DNA of 63,970 nucleotides, the filler included, from Klebsormidium nitens (lineage: Eukaryota; Plantae; Klebsormidiophyceae), in assembly GCA_000708835.1 (NCBI GenBank). It is 5 parts of 5 records of this genome, joined end to end, with 100 filler letters (N's around TTAATTAATTAA, not from the genome) between each part and the next. Parts side by side here need not be neighbours in the genome. Positions count along the whole stretch, not along the records: positions 1 to 31,046 come from DF237370.1; 4 more parts are not named here. One strand, given 5' to 3'. The notes below the pieces were generated by a model that saw nothing but the letters and a program-made list of their open reading frames with translations, ran no database searches and had not been told where the DNA came from. A program made the position numbers and the translations under genes. Below are positions 12,398-25,000 of the stretch, in pieces. The stretch's first letter is position 1. Every line of letters starts with the position of its first letter.

Positions 12398-14270
12398 ATG
12401 GCGGCGGATCAGGCGCTCAGTCTCCTCTCCGGCATGGATCTGCTGAACAGTGACCAGCAGCCAGACGTGGTTGTTGTTCTGTTGCTTGCAAGGTCAGAAG
12501 AGGAGCCAGAGTCTGCTAAGAGGCGTTGCAGAAGGGAAGAGCCAAGAAGGCTTGCGCTCCACTCGACGGTGCTCAGACAAGGGAGCCCCTTCTTTGCCGC
12601 ACTCCTCCGCTGGGATTCTGAGCGTGACACCAAAGGCCAGGAGCCCCTTCAAGAAGTGGTGGTAGAGGGATGCCAAGACCTGGATGCCAGCGTGCTTGCT
12701 CTCCAATTGCTCTACTGTAGGGTTTTGAACAAAACGCCTGTTGGCCAAATCATCGTACAAGGGGTGGAGCACGCCCTCGCAGTTCTGAAGGCATGTACCT
12801 ACTTCCCGTCCGAGTCTGGCATCGAATACTGCAGGTCATTCTTGGGAGCAGCAAAATGGGACCACAATGATCGGGAAAGCATTCATCTGTGCTTTGGAAA
12901 CTTGGGGTTGGAGCTGGGAACGGACTTGACAGAAAGATTGAACGTCCAAAAGAGCAAGACTGTTCACGGGAGATCGTAAGCAGATTGTTTGCGGCTGCTC
13001 TATCTCTGGAAGGCCCTACCTTTGAACAAAGCAACGACCAACTCGGGACATGCAACCTGATCGAATCAGAAAGACCACGCATTGTGCTACAAGAGCAGGC
13101 AAAATCAGGCTGGGTTGGTTTGGACTTTGAAACAGTCCAGCAGATTGCAAGCGAAAGGATTCTGCAGCGTCCTTGGTTCACGAGAATCTTGCATCAAGTG
13201 GAATTCCTATGGGTTCGGCCTGAGGAAAATCTGGAGCAGTTTGTTCGGGAGGTTTCCTGCTTGGCCTGGCTAACCAGCTTCAGCCTTGATCACAAGCTAG
13301 CGCTCGGCTCCTTGAAGACTCTCTGGACATCCGACGACGCAGAGAATTTTGTAAGTCGTGTTCCAGAAATATTCGTCAAGCTGAATGACGATGCAGTGAC
13401 TAAGCCGCTGCTCGACGTGTTCGCGCAGCTTTTCTTGAAGCCACTTGAAAAGCTCTTCATCTGCGCTTCTGAGGAACCCTTGCCGTTTTCTGAAGAGCGG
13501 AGCCGAACGAACTTGCTGCGACTCTGGGTGCCTATCATGCTAACATTCGAGCAAGCAGAGCTTCTACATTTCTACTTCGAACCATATTGGATTGAGGCCA
13601 TCTTCAACTCGCTGTCACAAGAAGCAAAACATGGTTTCCTGGAAAAGTGGTTGGGCGAGAAGATCATCCTGTCACCAGACGTCTTGGAAAAAGGAACGGT
13701 TGGAAACTTCCTCAACACACAAGTGGAGTGCTATCTTATTCAACTAGAGCGTGACTCAGTGGAATCTATTTCGCAGCAGATTGAGGCCTTAAGAAAAAAC
13801 TTGTGACGAAAGCGTAAAAATCACTTTGTCAGGGTTCTGGTTTTACAAGCGGCTACATTGATCAAAAACGAACCTCAGAGGGTTCGAGAGCTTGCACAAC
13901 TCTGGTCGCAAACGGACATGACTCGAAAATTCGTCTAGGCTCGCCTCAGGAATCTCGTTTTCTGCAACCTTCGGCGGTCATTCTGGGAGCAGTCGCTGAC
14001 GTCAACAACCTGGTGCCAAAGAGCATCAGATTCGCATTTCTCAGTAAAGTGCTGCCGATGCTTCTCGAGGCAGACAAGGCTAGAGACCTGAAAGAGGACA
14101 CCGTGAACCACTTTGAGACCGTCCTCTCGACTCTATCAATCGGAGAACAGGAGCATTTAGCACTGATCTGGGTGAAGGGGCTTGTTCAGAAGGACTGCAC
14201 TGGCGCTCACGACGGCGGTTTCCTACTTGATCAAGTCTTCGATAGGTGGTGCAAGTCGCGGACGGCATAG
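12398..14270 (+). pseudogene. Disrupted BTB/POZ-domain gene (At3g50780/At1g63850-like family), paralogue of 15600-17522
   Basis: ORFs 12377-12979, 12889-13806 and 14013-14270 align colinearly with the 640-aa neighbour (LHSTVLRQGSPFFAALLRW, LEKLFICAS, DVNNLVP..RF.FLS.VLP.LLEADK). Frameshift at ~12950, in-frame stops at 13804 and 13936, and a further frameshift at ~13940-13980. Confidence 0.8.
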
Positions 14271-15487
14271 CGGTCAGCAATCTCGCAACTTGCGGACCTG
14301 AGAACCTTTGAGGTGTCAGAAGTGAAAGCTTTTTACGACCTTTTGGTAGATAACAAGAATATGGATGATGACAAATGTCAGTCTGATCAAAGATAAAAAC
14401 AAGCGTGGAACTAGATCGAGTGAAAATGTATTTTTGGTGCTTAAATTGAGGTCCTGTCGTGGTTCGAAGCTGTAATCGAATCATTTGGTATATTGTTTCG
14501 ACTTGTCTGACTCTTATGAGCGAACTTACGACTTAGCTGCTCTTGATGTAGATTTGGGATGCGTTCATAAGGCACAATGTTATACCTTCTGTCGACTAAT
14601 GCAGCTATGGAATCCTCTAGTGGTTATATATGATTGCCTGTTTTGAGACCTGATAACTACCTCCCGGCTCACTCATGTTTCTTCTTCCAGTGAGGATGAG
14701 GGCACGGAATTCTTTTGTGAGCGGCCCACACCACGTGATTGACGAGATCGACGGGCTGTGGAACTAATGGTCACAGAAAGTCGATGATGCAGCTCGACGT
14801 GCATTCACGAAGGGTGGCACTCTACATAATATTAAACTTCAGGCGGGTTCTTGACGGTGCAGATTTGCTTAGCATGGGCCGATGGATAGAACTTCTTCTT
14901 TGTACTCAAGCTGCAATTTGTTGCATTTGCACAAAACGTGACCTCAAAAGATTGCTCGAATGAGTTTCGGATCTTGAGTTCCTTTGGCTGGCATGGATGC
15001 CCGGAGACTAGCTCTAGACACTGAATGTACTGCCGATGTGGATGCACGGACACGAGCACGCTAATCATGGATCCAAAAATGCTTTCTAGGCCGTGCTGGA
15101 TGATTTTGGACGAAGCTGGGTTTGCGTGTGGATTGCATTCGAGCCGCAACATGAGCATATAGGCTTTGTCGCTGATTTTGTGGTCATTCCAGTGGTGGTG
15201 TTCCTCAGCTGGTACAACTGTTGAGAGCATTGATGATTTTCCGAAAAATCTCATTCCTCTGTCCGGATCATTCGACCCAGGGTCTTTGAATGCACGGTAT
15301 TGGCAAGTTCATGAAAGCGAGTATTCGAGAAGCGCGTAAAGCATCTACGTTCTCTTCCTATGTGCCGTGCCTTGTTTAGAGTTACCTGCAAGTTGACGTT
15401 ACTCAATACGGAAGGGCTCGAAAGGCGACGCGGCCGCGATGCCTGAAGCGGCGACAAAAAACGGGTTTTCGATCCGGGTAACCAACC

Positions 15488-15525
15488 GACACGTCACCAG
15501 ACACGTCACCTTCCGGTCACGCGTG
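15488..15525. promoter_or_regulatory. Two ABRE/G-box-like GACACGTC motifs plus a CE3-like CACGCGTG, 75-110 bp upstream of the BTB gene ATG
   Basis: GACACGTC at 15488-15495 and 15500-15507, CACGCGTG at 15518-15525. One GACACGTC also lies upstream of the paralogue (12188-12195). Motif match only. Confidence 0.35.
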
Positions 15526-15599
15526 GTTCAACTTATGTAACATCTTAAGTCGCGTTTGTTCATGTGAATTCAAGATGTCACTTGATGGCTTCCTGCTAA

Positions 15600-17522
15600 A
15601 TGGAATCAAAGTTTGCAATGGAGAGTAAAAGTTTTCTTCCCCTGGCAGGCGCCGAGTTCGTCAATGGAGACGAGCAGCCAGACGTGATTGTGTCGTTGAA
15701 ACTCAAGGAACTGGGAGCCGCAGCTAAGTCCCATAGAAGGAGACGCAAGCAGGTAATGCCGCGAAGGCTTGAACTGCACTCTTCAGTTCTAAGAGAAGGC
15801 AGCCCCTTCTTTGCCGCTCTCCTGCGCTGGGAAGCTGCTTCTGCGAAGGTCGCCGACCAAATTCCACAACTGGCTGTAGACGGATGCGGGGATCTGGACT
15901 CTAGCGTGCTTGCTCTTCAGCTGCTCTATTGTGATGTTTTGAACAAACCAGCCGTAGGTCGAGTAGTCCTCCAAGGAGTGAAACAGGCTCTCTCAATTCT
16001 GGAGGCTTCCAGCTACTTCTTGAACGACTTTGGCGTAGAGCACTGCAAGAGTTTCTTGGAAGCAGCCAAGTGGACCCCGCAAGACCGCGAGGCGATTGGA
16101 AGCTGCTTCAAAGGCTTGGTTTTGGAGATGGGACCTGATTTGTCTGCAAGGATGAACGTGGAACCCAAAGACAAGGCTGCTGCGCAGGCGATTGTAAGAG
16201 GCCTTTTTGACGCGGCAATTTCCCCAGATGGCCCCACTTATGAACAAAAGAAATCCGCGTTCTACTTCTTCAAACAGTTCGCCGTGAAAACCACAGAACG
16301 GCCAAGAAAGTTACTAGAAGAGCAAGCAGATGCAGGCTGGATCGGTCTGGATGCCAAGACCGTCCAAAGCATCGCCGAGGGTCAGATCCAGAAGCTGAGT
16401 TTTGCACGAGCTCTGAGACTACTGATGAACCTGAGATTCTGGTGTGGGGAAAGCGATTCTTTCGAGATTCTGTTCAGAGAAGAGCACCTAAGGCCCTTCA
16501 TCCGCGAGCTTTCGTGCTTGGGCTGGCAAACTGCGTTCTGCTTGAGACACGGACTTGGTCTTACGTCGGTAGAGGCTTTCTGGACGTCCAACGAAGCGCT
16601 GCAGTTTGCGACGGGATCCTCTCAGAAACTGTTCAGCCTGTACGATAATCGGGCCACTAAGCCGTTGCTCGAGATGTTTGGGAAGCTGATCTTTGAACCC
16701 TTGGAGAAGCTGTTCATCTGTGCCAGCGACAAGAACTCGGGATTTGGCAAGAAAGATAGAGCCACGTTGATGCAGATTTGGCTTCCAGTCTTGCTGAGGT
16801 TTGAACAAGCTGTGCTCCTGGGGGCAAACTTCAAGCCGTCGAGCGTAGAAACTCTGTTCATGTCGCTGTCTCAGGCAAAAAAGCAGGATTTGCTTGAGAA
16901 GTGGTCATCTGAGGAGGTCAGCGTATCAGCGAACATCTCTGCAGAGGGGACAATCCAGAAGTTTATAAGCGAGCAGCTGCGGTCTCTTTCTCGAGCGCAA
17001 CTAAGTGATCCGTTGGAAAGCATGGCTCGCCAGGTTGAGGCTTTCAAGGGGGCTAAGGACCAAAGTCGCAAAGATGAAGTAGCCAGAGTCTTAAATCTAT
17101 CAACTATCCAGCTGATTAGAATGGAGCCCCACCGAATCTGCGATCTGGCCAAGTTCTGGTCAGAGAGGGACATCGCGTCTTCAATCTTGATTAGAGACTA
17201 CTCTCTGATTCTAGACACCTCGGTGCGCATCCTGGAAGCAACCGCTGACGTCAACAACTTGGTCCCGGGAAACGTCAGGTTCTCGTTCCTGAGTTCCGTT
17301 CTGCCAATCCTGCTTGAAGCGGACAAAACGGGTGGTCTCAAGAAAGAGGCGGCAGAGGCTTTTGAGACCGTCCTTTCCACACTGGCAACTTGCAAGCAAG
17401 AGCAACTGGCGCTGCGGTGGTCCAAAAAAACAGGACAGAAAGATACGGACAGTACTGAGCATCTGAATCGGCTCTTCTTGGATGAAGTCTTCAGCAAGTG
17501 GTGTGAAACGCCCACGTCGTAG
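15600..17522 (+). CDS. Intronless BTB/POZ-domain protein (640 aa), plant At3g50780/At1g63850-like family
   Basis: N-terminal BTB signature (PDVIVSL...LELHSSVLREGSPFFAALL...LQLLYCD...CKSFLEAAKW). Family-type C-terminus (VRFSFLSSVLPILLE...FETVLSTL...QEQLALRW...FSKW). Single open frame from ATG to TAG. Confidence 0.8.
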   Translation: MESKFAMESKSFLPLAGAEFVNGDEQPDVIVSLKLKELGAAAKSHRRRRKQVMPRRLELHSSVLREGSPFFAALLRWEAASAKVADQIPQLAVDGCGDLDSSVLALQLLYCDVLNKPAVGRVVLQGVKQALSILEASSYFLNDFGVEHCKSFLEAAKWTPQDREAIGSCFKGLVLEMGPDLSARMNVEPKDKAAAQAIVRGLFDAAISPDGPTYEQKKSAFYFFKQFAVKTTERPRKLLEEQADAGWIGLDAKTVQSIAEGQIQKLSFARALRLLMNLRFWCGESDSFEILFREEHLRPFIRELSCLGWQTAFCLRHGLGLTSVEAFWTSNEALQFATGSSQKLFSLYDNRATKPLLEMFGKLIFEPLEKLFICASDKNSGFGKKDRATLMQIWLPVLLRFEQAVLLGANFKPSSVETLFMSLSQAKKQDLLEKWSSEEVSVSANISAEGTIQKFISEQLRSLSRAQLSDPLESMARQVEAFKGAKDQSRKDEVARVLNLSTIQLIRMEPHRICDLAKFWSERDIASSILIRDYSLILDTSVRILEATADVNNLVPGNVRFSFLSSVLPILLEADKTGGLKKEAAEAFETVLSTLATCKQEQLALRWSKKTGQKDTDSTEHLNRLFLDEVFSKWCETPTS

Positions 17523-19055
17523 AATAATGGTTCAAGCCCTCTTTCATGCAATTGGCAACTAGAAAGTAGTAAGCACTAAGCAGGTTACTGGACAATGTTT
17601 AGAGTTAATACCTCTACGAAAGAGTCATGCACGGCAAAGCTGCCGCCCCGTATCGTTCAGGAAACGATATTGTGCAGCCCGGCCTCGATCTCTCGCAGCA
17701 ATCATGTATGCCACATACAATGTTTGGATCAATCAGATTGATCATTGGCCCGTCGGATTAAAAGTCCCTTGAAAGAGTCGGACATTAGCATACGTTGGAA
17801 CGTGCATTATCCCATCCTCACATGAGCTCGTGGCGCCAGACCGGTGCCGACAAAAGTCTTAATTGACTTTCGGATATGCATGATGCCGGGTGTGACGGTG
17901 GCCTTTGTATCATACTAAGTACTGCCAGCGCGCAGCGCCTAGCAGGCTTCAGGCCGGCTCCGCATGCATGCATCAAGTACGTAACCCGCGATCAGAGAGC
18001 GCGCCTTAACTTGCATGAGTCAATTAGGTAGGTGTTAGCTTACTCAAGAGCTAGACGATCCGTCGGACAATCAATAGATATGACATGTGCGTATACTCTC
18101 GATATATACCTCAGTATTTGCGCATCCATCGCAATACATGATATACTAGAGTGATGAGCCATTGGCAACCTGCATGCATAGAACGTCTATATGTTCAATG
18201 GGCCTGATATGTCGTTGTTGAGTCTGTGCATTAAGTTATTCCTACCGTACTTGGATCATTCTCATTGCGCTCTGAAGCCGCGCTTCAAATCCGTTTCAAG
18301 TTTGGTAACTTCAACTAGCTGGAGCGGCCAGGCATCTACACCGATTCCAACAGTCAATATGCACAAACAAACTTGGTCGAAAGGAGAGTGACGTCGCCCC
18401 TTGTGCATGCAATCCAAGCGACAGGCCGCTTCCTCGACATACATTGGATTGCATGCAAAGCTACCTGACCGACCTCAGTGATGCTAATGGAAGCGCAACC
18501 GTTTCGGCTGCAAATCAAATTCACGCATCCGTCAATCTCGGAGTTTCAAACTCATCTATGTCTGCACAATGAACCCCAATCCGCCCTCGCCAATAAGTCG
18601 TCTGGCTACATAACAAATCGCTTTACTGTACGAGTGTCCTATGATTTGACAACAGAGGCCACCGAAGGCAGCTTCGGTGGCCCTATCTCTGGCGGGACAC
18701 ACGACTTCAGCTTGCCCTCACTCTCCTTGACGCTCGGCAGGGGGAGGAACCAATTGAATGGCCCTGCAAAGCCGACGAGGCACGTCAATCAGTTTCTTTT
18801 TCTTACTTGATCGGGCAACCCAGCCTGCTCCCTTCCACATGTAACGTTTAGCTATTCTTGCACCTCATGTAGCGAGAATCCGGGTTCTTTGCGATATCTC
18901 TCCATCAGCAGTCTGAGATTGAGAGTCGACAACATCAGAGAGCAACTTAGGGAATCTTGATGCAGGCCTCGATCAACTTTCGTCCCCTTCCGCACAACTA
19001 GGCGTCGCCTCAGGTTCGATAACTGGCCAACTTTTGGACTATTCCGGCCGCTCAT

Positions 19056-22000
19056 TCAAAGGAGGCGCGATGAGGATACGGTGGCCATATACCGGAAGTA
19101 ACGCAAGCAGCCAGGGACGAGGTATTTCTGCAATTCTTCTTCGCTGTCTACGTTGAAGACTCCTTTGTGCCGTTCCCTTGTTTCCTTCGACCGGTTACCA
19201 CAAGTATTCCGCCCGAAGATGAGCGAAAAAAGGCTCAAAGATCATCGACATTATTCTTAGGACCCAAAACTCCCGGTAGACGACAGAGCAAACGCAGAGC
19301 CTAGGGATCCGGAAGGTTCCCTTACCTGGAGTCCGGAGAAAGTCGGGCTCGATGCCGTACTTGTCGATGTCGATGTGGCCAGGTGTTATGTACTTTCCGA
19401 CAGTGATGGCGAGAGCTGACCCGTCGCTTAGCTCGTACACCGACTGGATTAGGCCCTGAAAATCAGGAGGGTTAATAGGGTTAGTACGCGGGTCAAAACA
19501 CGGGTAAGTTGAGGGGTAAGTGAAAATGGGTGCCCGTCTTTTGTCAGGCTGTGAAGGAGGACGGCACGTATTGGAGTCATGTCAAAGACCAGCAGCTTTT
19601 TCTGAGCGCTCAGGTATAGGGATTCTAGGACTAACACCTTACTTTTGTAGAGAATGTACCAAGTTATAGAATAATGAGTTGGGACTGGTTGAATACAGCA
19701 ATGCACGCAACTCTGCAAGCCGTAGAAAAGCAAGCAGAGCCTTAAAGCTTTCAGCCTCGATACCCGCTTGAAGAGAAGCTTCGAACTGCTGCAGGGTCAA
19801 AAGACTGTCTAAGGTGTGCGGTCTGCAAGTCATGTCCGCATCCATATGTACGTTGAGAAGTCTCATTTTCGAAAAGCACACAGCACCTCAAGCTATGCGG
19901 ATGCCCCAAACTTGCCTCGTTTAGCAGCACTTGAAGCTGACCAGCATTCAAAGAAGCAAGTCCGAAAAGGAATCCAAGTCCAAAAGCATCATCAGACAGA
20001 TTGTTCAAGCGGAAAGAGAGCATCCGAGAGCGGCCGCTTGCACACCAACCTCCTGCAGAATGTCAAACCCCGAGCTAAGAACATCCAGTCCAGAGAACAG
20101 ATGGATTATGAAAGTTGCTCTCTGACCTTCCCGTACGTCTTGTTCCCCACGAGCAGCGCGCGGCAGTTGTCGCGCAGCGCTCCAGCCACGATCTCGCTAG
20201 CGCTGGCGGTGCTCTCGTTCACCAGGACGATCAGCGGCGCAGAAAACAGGGCCTGCCCTTGCGCCAGCACGTTCTTCTGGGTCTCGGGGGTCCGCCCGAC
20301 TGTGTACACAACCTGTAGGAGATACCGAATGTGAGGCTCCTAAAGTTATGAATTGGCTATCTGCAACTCTCCTGCTGAGGAATCTGCGCGCACGCGTTCA
20401 TGTAGACGGTCAAAGGCGCGGAACAGACGGCCGGCCCTTACGCCAGGACGTTCTTTTGGGTCTCGGGGGTCCGGCCGACTGTGTATACAACCTTAGGGGA
20501 AAAGGCTTCGGTCTGAGGACTGGTGTGGGGCTTTGATGGCAACACGTTTGCTCTCAATCGACTGTCATATATGCAATCAGCACGCCCTCAGAGAAAGGAC
20601 GATCAGCAGCACGAAGAAGAGGGCAAAACCCGGGGCCAGGACGTTCTACTGGATCTCGGGCATTCGCCCAACCGTTATGCAACCTGTAAAAAGATAAAAC
20701 CAGCGTGAAGGCTCCCAGCGAAGCACGTTTGTTTACGTTTCTGCCTTTCTTCTTCACCTTTTTCCTTGATTTGTACAAGATCACGTACGAATGTTATCTG
20801 GGAGGATAATGAGCGGCTCAAGGTCGGGCCCGCCCCTGCGCCATGACAACTTGAGTCTCGGGCGTCTGCTCCACTGTGTATACAGCCTGTCTGAAAAACT
20901 GCGTTGTGTGTGGCTTTGTGAAAAGCTCGCTGTGCCTCTCCTGTAATTCAATCTCAAGGAAAAGGCCCCACTCACACGTCTCGCTCTCTAGCGCCTTCCC
21001 GCCCTTGTAAGCAAACCGAGGACCACAGAGGGAGGAGGTCTGAAAACCGAAAACGCCATCACAATTTCCTGGTTCTGGCAACGAAACTCCAAGTTCCATG
21101 CGTTTGAATGGTAGTGGCAACAATCTCAGAAGTGGAAGAACTCTGCCAAAGATAGAGGAAGTTGCAGGCTGGAACCGGGGAGACGTCACGAATCCACGGG
21201 GCCAAACGGCGTTCCCCCGTCGTTCGAATTTGCAGATTCTCCAATGTGAAGAAGAAAGAGAGTCCCTCATGAAACGCGAAGGAGCGAAACATGCACCAGC
21301 CTTATGCAAGTAAGCGAGAAAGCCAAGTCATGTTTTGTCCTGCTGCCAAAGTAGCGAGGAGGGGGAGGAAAAACGATTGAAAAGAGAATTGATAAGATCA
21401 AGGCTGAAACCACTCCATGTTTGTCAGTCACCTAGAAACAAGCAAGCAATCTATATTTCCGGCCTGCATCAGGCCCCGCAGGTTGCGGACTGAATGAGAG
21501 ACCAGAACGCTCTACTCGCCTGGGCGCAACTTTGTGGCCAGATGCCTTACGTCGCCTTATTCTGCCAAAATCAAGAGGAGCCAGAAGGGGAAGTCGAGTA
21601 CAAGTAGATGAGAGTAAGGCCGGAAAGAGGTTCACGGTCTCTCCCCCACATAGGGACAGGCGAGCAGTGTCCACCTTTCGAACCTTAAGAAGGAGGCGGA
21701 GTCAAAAGATACAAAAGAAATGTCAAATAGACGAAGCTCCCTTGCCCAGGGACAGGCGGGCAGTGTCTGCTCTTCGCACCGCTTTAAAGAAAAAACGGTG
21801 TCAGAAACTTGGAAAAAGACGGTCAGAATATGGAGCAAAGAAACGCTTACCATTTCCCCCTCGGCTAAGCACGCTCTTAGCACCGCCATCGAAGAAGAAA
21901 CGGGTCACGAAACTTGAAAAAAGGTGGTCAGAATATGGAGCAGAGAGACGCTTACCGTTTCCCCCTCGCCTAAGAACAGGCGGGCGATCTCAATTCCGGC

Positions 22001-25000
22001 CTGGACCAATCCCCCCAGGTTATCTTGCAGGTCCAGAATGAACGACTGCGCCCCGGCCTCGCGTAGCTTCTCCACCGCTGCAACAGGCGCGAGTGGTCAT
22101 CATCGAAAACGTTCGATTTCAGAATTCGCAGTGCCAACTTTGAATATCGTTCGACTTCCGTGTTCGCCTACCCGGACTGGGAGCTGTGTAGAAATTAAAT
22201 GTCGTCAAAGACACTCGATGACATGTCCTAATTCAAGTCCTGTATCGAAACCAGTGATGCACCACGGGGCGCGCCCAGCGTCAGAGCGGATGCATGGGCT
22301 ATGGGGCCAAGGAATCAAAGCTTCCCGCCAAAGTAGAACAGTCGGTAAGGAGACGGCTGTGCTTAATTTCCAGCTAAGTGAAGCTTGAATAGGCAACTGC
22401 TAGAAATGAACACTTTGAAGCAACTCGTTGGCCCATCGCATAGATGACGAGTTGTGAAGCGGAAGTCGAACGTTCTTACCGAACGACCGGAAGCGCAAGA
22501 AGGTCGTCCGACCAGTTATAAAATCCGCCTCAACGATACCTTTCTCTGCGAGTGCGCTGAGGTTGCGTAGCTTTTATTTACCATCTGCGGTCTTCCATGT
22601 TATTATCTCAAGTAAACAAGAGAAACCGAAACATATAGATTAAGAAAATGACTCACCGTCAACGACCCCCTTCTTTGCGAGCGCGCTGAAGTCGCGCAGC
22701 TTCACGTACCCCGCGGGCCGCCCCTCCGCGTCTTTCTGCAGCTTGTAAGTGACCGGCTGCTGCGCTTCCTTCCCCCTCGGAATGACAGCCTCGAAAGTTT
22801 CCCCGGTCGGTCTTTGCAGCTGCAGAGTGACCGGTTGGCCGACCGGTCCCTGGATCAGGGACGTGGCTTCAAAGGCGGACTTGCCCTTGACAAAGACGCC
22901 CCCCACCGAAAGGAGTTCGTCGCCCTGTAAACCAAGGAAAAAATTGAGCCCATTGAGAACCATTACTAAGGTTCTAAATCTGGATTTGCGGAGTGACCGA
23001 TTGACCGACCGGGCTCTGAATCAGAGAGGTCGCTTTGAAGGCGGACTTGCCCTTGACGCCGCCGCCGCCGACTGAAGGAGTTGGTTGCCCTGTATACGAC
23101 CAAGGGAGAGATTGAGTTGACATGAACCTAGTGTGAAGTTTTTGGTTTTGGTGGAAGTGGTAGGCCTACCAGGCCCCGGATCACGGACGTGGCTTCGAAG
23201 GCGGACTTGCCCTTGACAAAGACGCCGCCAACAGAGCGAAGCTCGTCGCTCTGCAAACCATCGAGGACTGGAGTTGAAACACCCGACGTAGGCAAGTCGA
23301 GTCAAGAGAGTAGCGGCAGAAGCCGGTTGGATCGGGTAGCAGAACAAGAGAGGTTGCGGACTTGCCCTTGACATAAACGCCCTCCACCAGAAAGACTGCG
23401 TCGCCCTATAAACGACCAAAGTAAGAGATTCCGTTTCCAACAGCCCGTTGTAAATCTTGTAAAACGAGGGGAATCAGGGGCGCGAAGTGATGGGTTGGCC
23501 TACGAAGCCCTGGATTTCGGAAATCGCTTGGGGGCAATTGACCTTGATACAAGCGCCTCCATCGTTCGTCGCCCTGTGAACGATCAAGAACGGGGGTCTA
23601 CCCAAGTCGAGTCTGTTTAGGGAGGAGTTTTGAAGTCGCAGGATGCTCATTTTCCAAGGGGCCTTGTATGCGCAACGTGGATTTGAAGGCGGCCTTGAGC
23701 GTGACAGAGATAATCCCCACCGAGAGAAGCTCATTGCCCTGTCAAACGTGATTTTAACTTGTCTTAACCTGACTCATGAAGGTCAGGTTCTCTGGAGCCC
23801 GAGAAAAGAGCGACAATGAACCAGTCGAACTCTGGTCATAGACAGCGAGACAGTACACAGAAGTCTCAAAAAACAGACAGACCAAGAAGAGAGAAGCATG
23901 AGAAAGAGAAAAGCCTCAGAGGCACATCGATCTGAGAACAGCCGACGATAGTACTGACGAGTCAAACGATCTGACCGCACCCCTCAATGATAAAGGCCAG
24001 AGTCGAGGCCTTCGCTTCGCACCTGCCAAAAACCGCTGCGTGCGATGAGTCGTGCATGTTCAGGACCAACCGGATCCCTCAGAACACAAAAATACCGAGC
24101 AAAGAAGCATGGGCGAGAGACACACCTTACAAGCACGTCATCCGAGTCATCGGCAAAATCAACAACGTTAACGATCACTGCCTTTTGACCGCACCCGTTG
24201 TTGACGAATATCGAGGTTTCTAAGACGCACCTGCCGAATCCCCGCTGCGTGCGCGGTTGAATCGTGCACGACTCCCAGGACCCGTAGTGACGTCACCCCG
24301 GCGTCATCGTCTACCTCGCCCATATTGAGTCCGATGCCGCTGACGTCAAACTTGGATAGAGCCTGGAACTGCGGGTCAAAGGAAATAGGCAAGTGACTTC
24401 TTTGCGCAAAAACGATTTCCGTCTCTGCTTGAATTGAGTTAGCCACCAGATCAGTACCGATTCTGTGCGGAGCAAAAGTCCTGCAGACTCGAGGAGCATG
24501 AGAACACCCCCATATGATCGGCCGAATATTCTTGTAACGTAAACAGATACTTGATTCAAGCTGTTCTGCTCGGTCGGAAAGACGAAGGCCTGCCGATAAA
24601 TGTCCAACAGAAAAGGGAACCGAAGCCAGATTCTTTTCAACTATGGCAGATCGAACGGCTGTCACAGCCTCGCAGGATTGACGACTAGACCTGATGTGGA
24701 GTCGCCAGACCCGTTGCCTGGGAACACGTATTGTCTGTTGAGTTTCAACATAGTGATTTTTGCGCGGTAACACATCATCTAATAACTGCTCTGAAAACAT
24801 GCGTCCAAAGCATAACAAAGCCCATCTTTGCGCAGCTTCTGGTAGCATGTATGGTCTTCTTAAGTGGACGATGTGACAGCTCAAATAACCGGCCGCTTTG
24901 ATCAAAAGGGCACAACTGACGCACTTCAAGTCACCATGCAGGTAACTTGGTTTGGACGGCTCTTGAAAGCTTTCTAATGAGTCTCTTTCTAGTCGTTCCT

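Noticed and set aside
14832-15254. 140-aa minus-strand ORF between the BTB genes
   Set aside because: No recognisable motif, ATG context or splice partners.
24168-24929. 253-aa minus-strand ORF
   Set aside because: Only the 46 codons of ctpA exon 3 are meaningful; the rest is open intron sequence.
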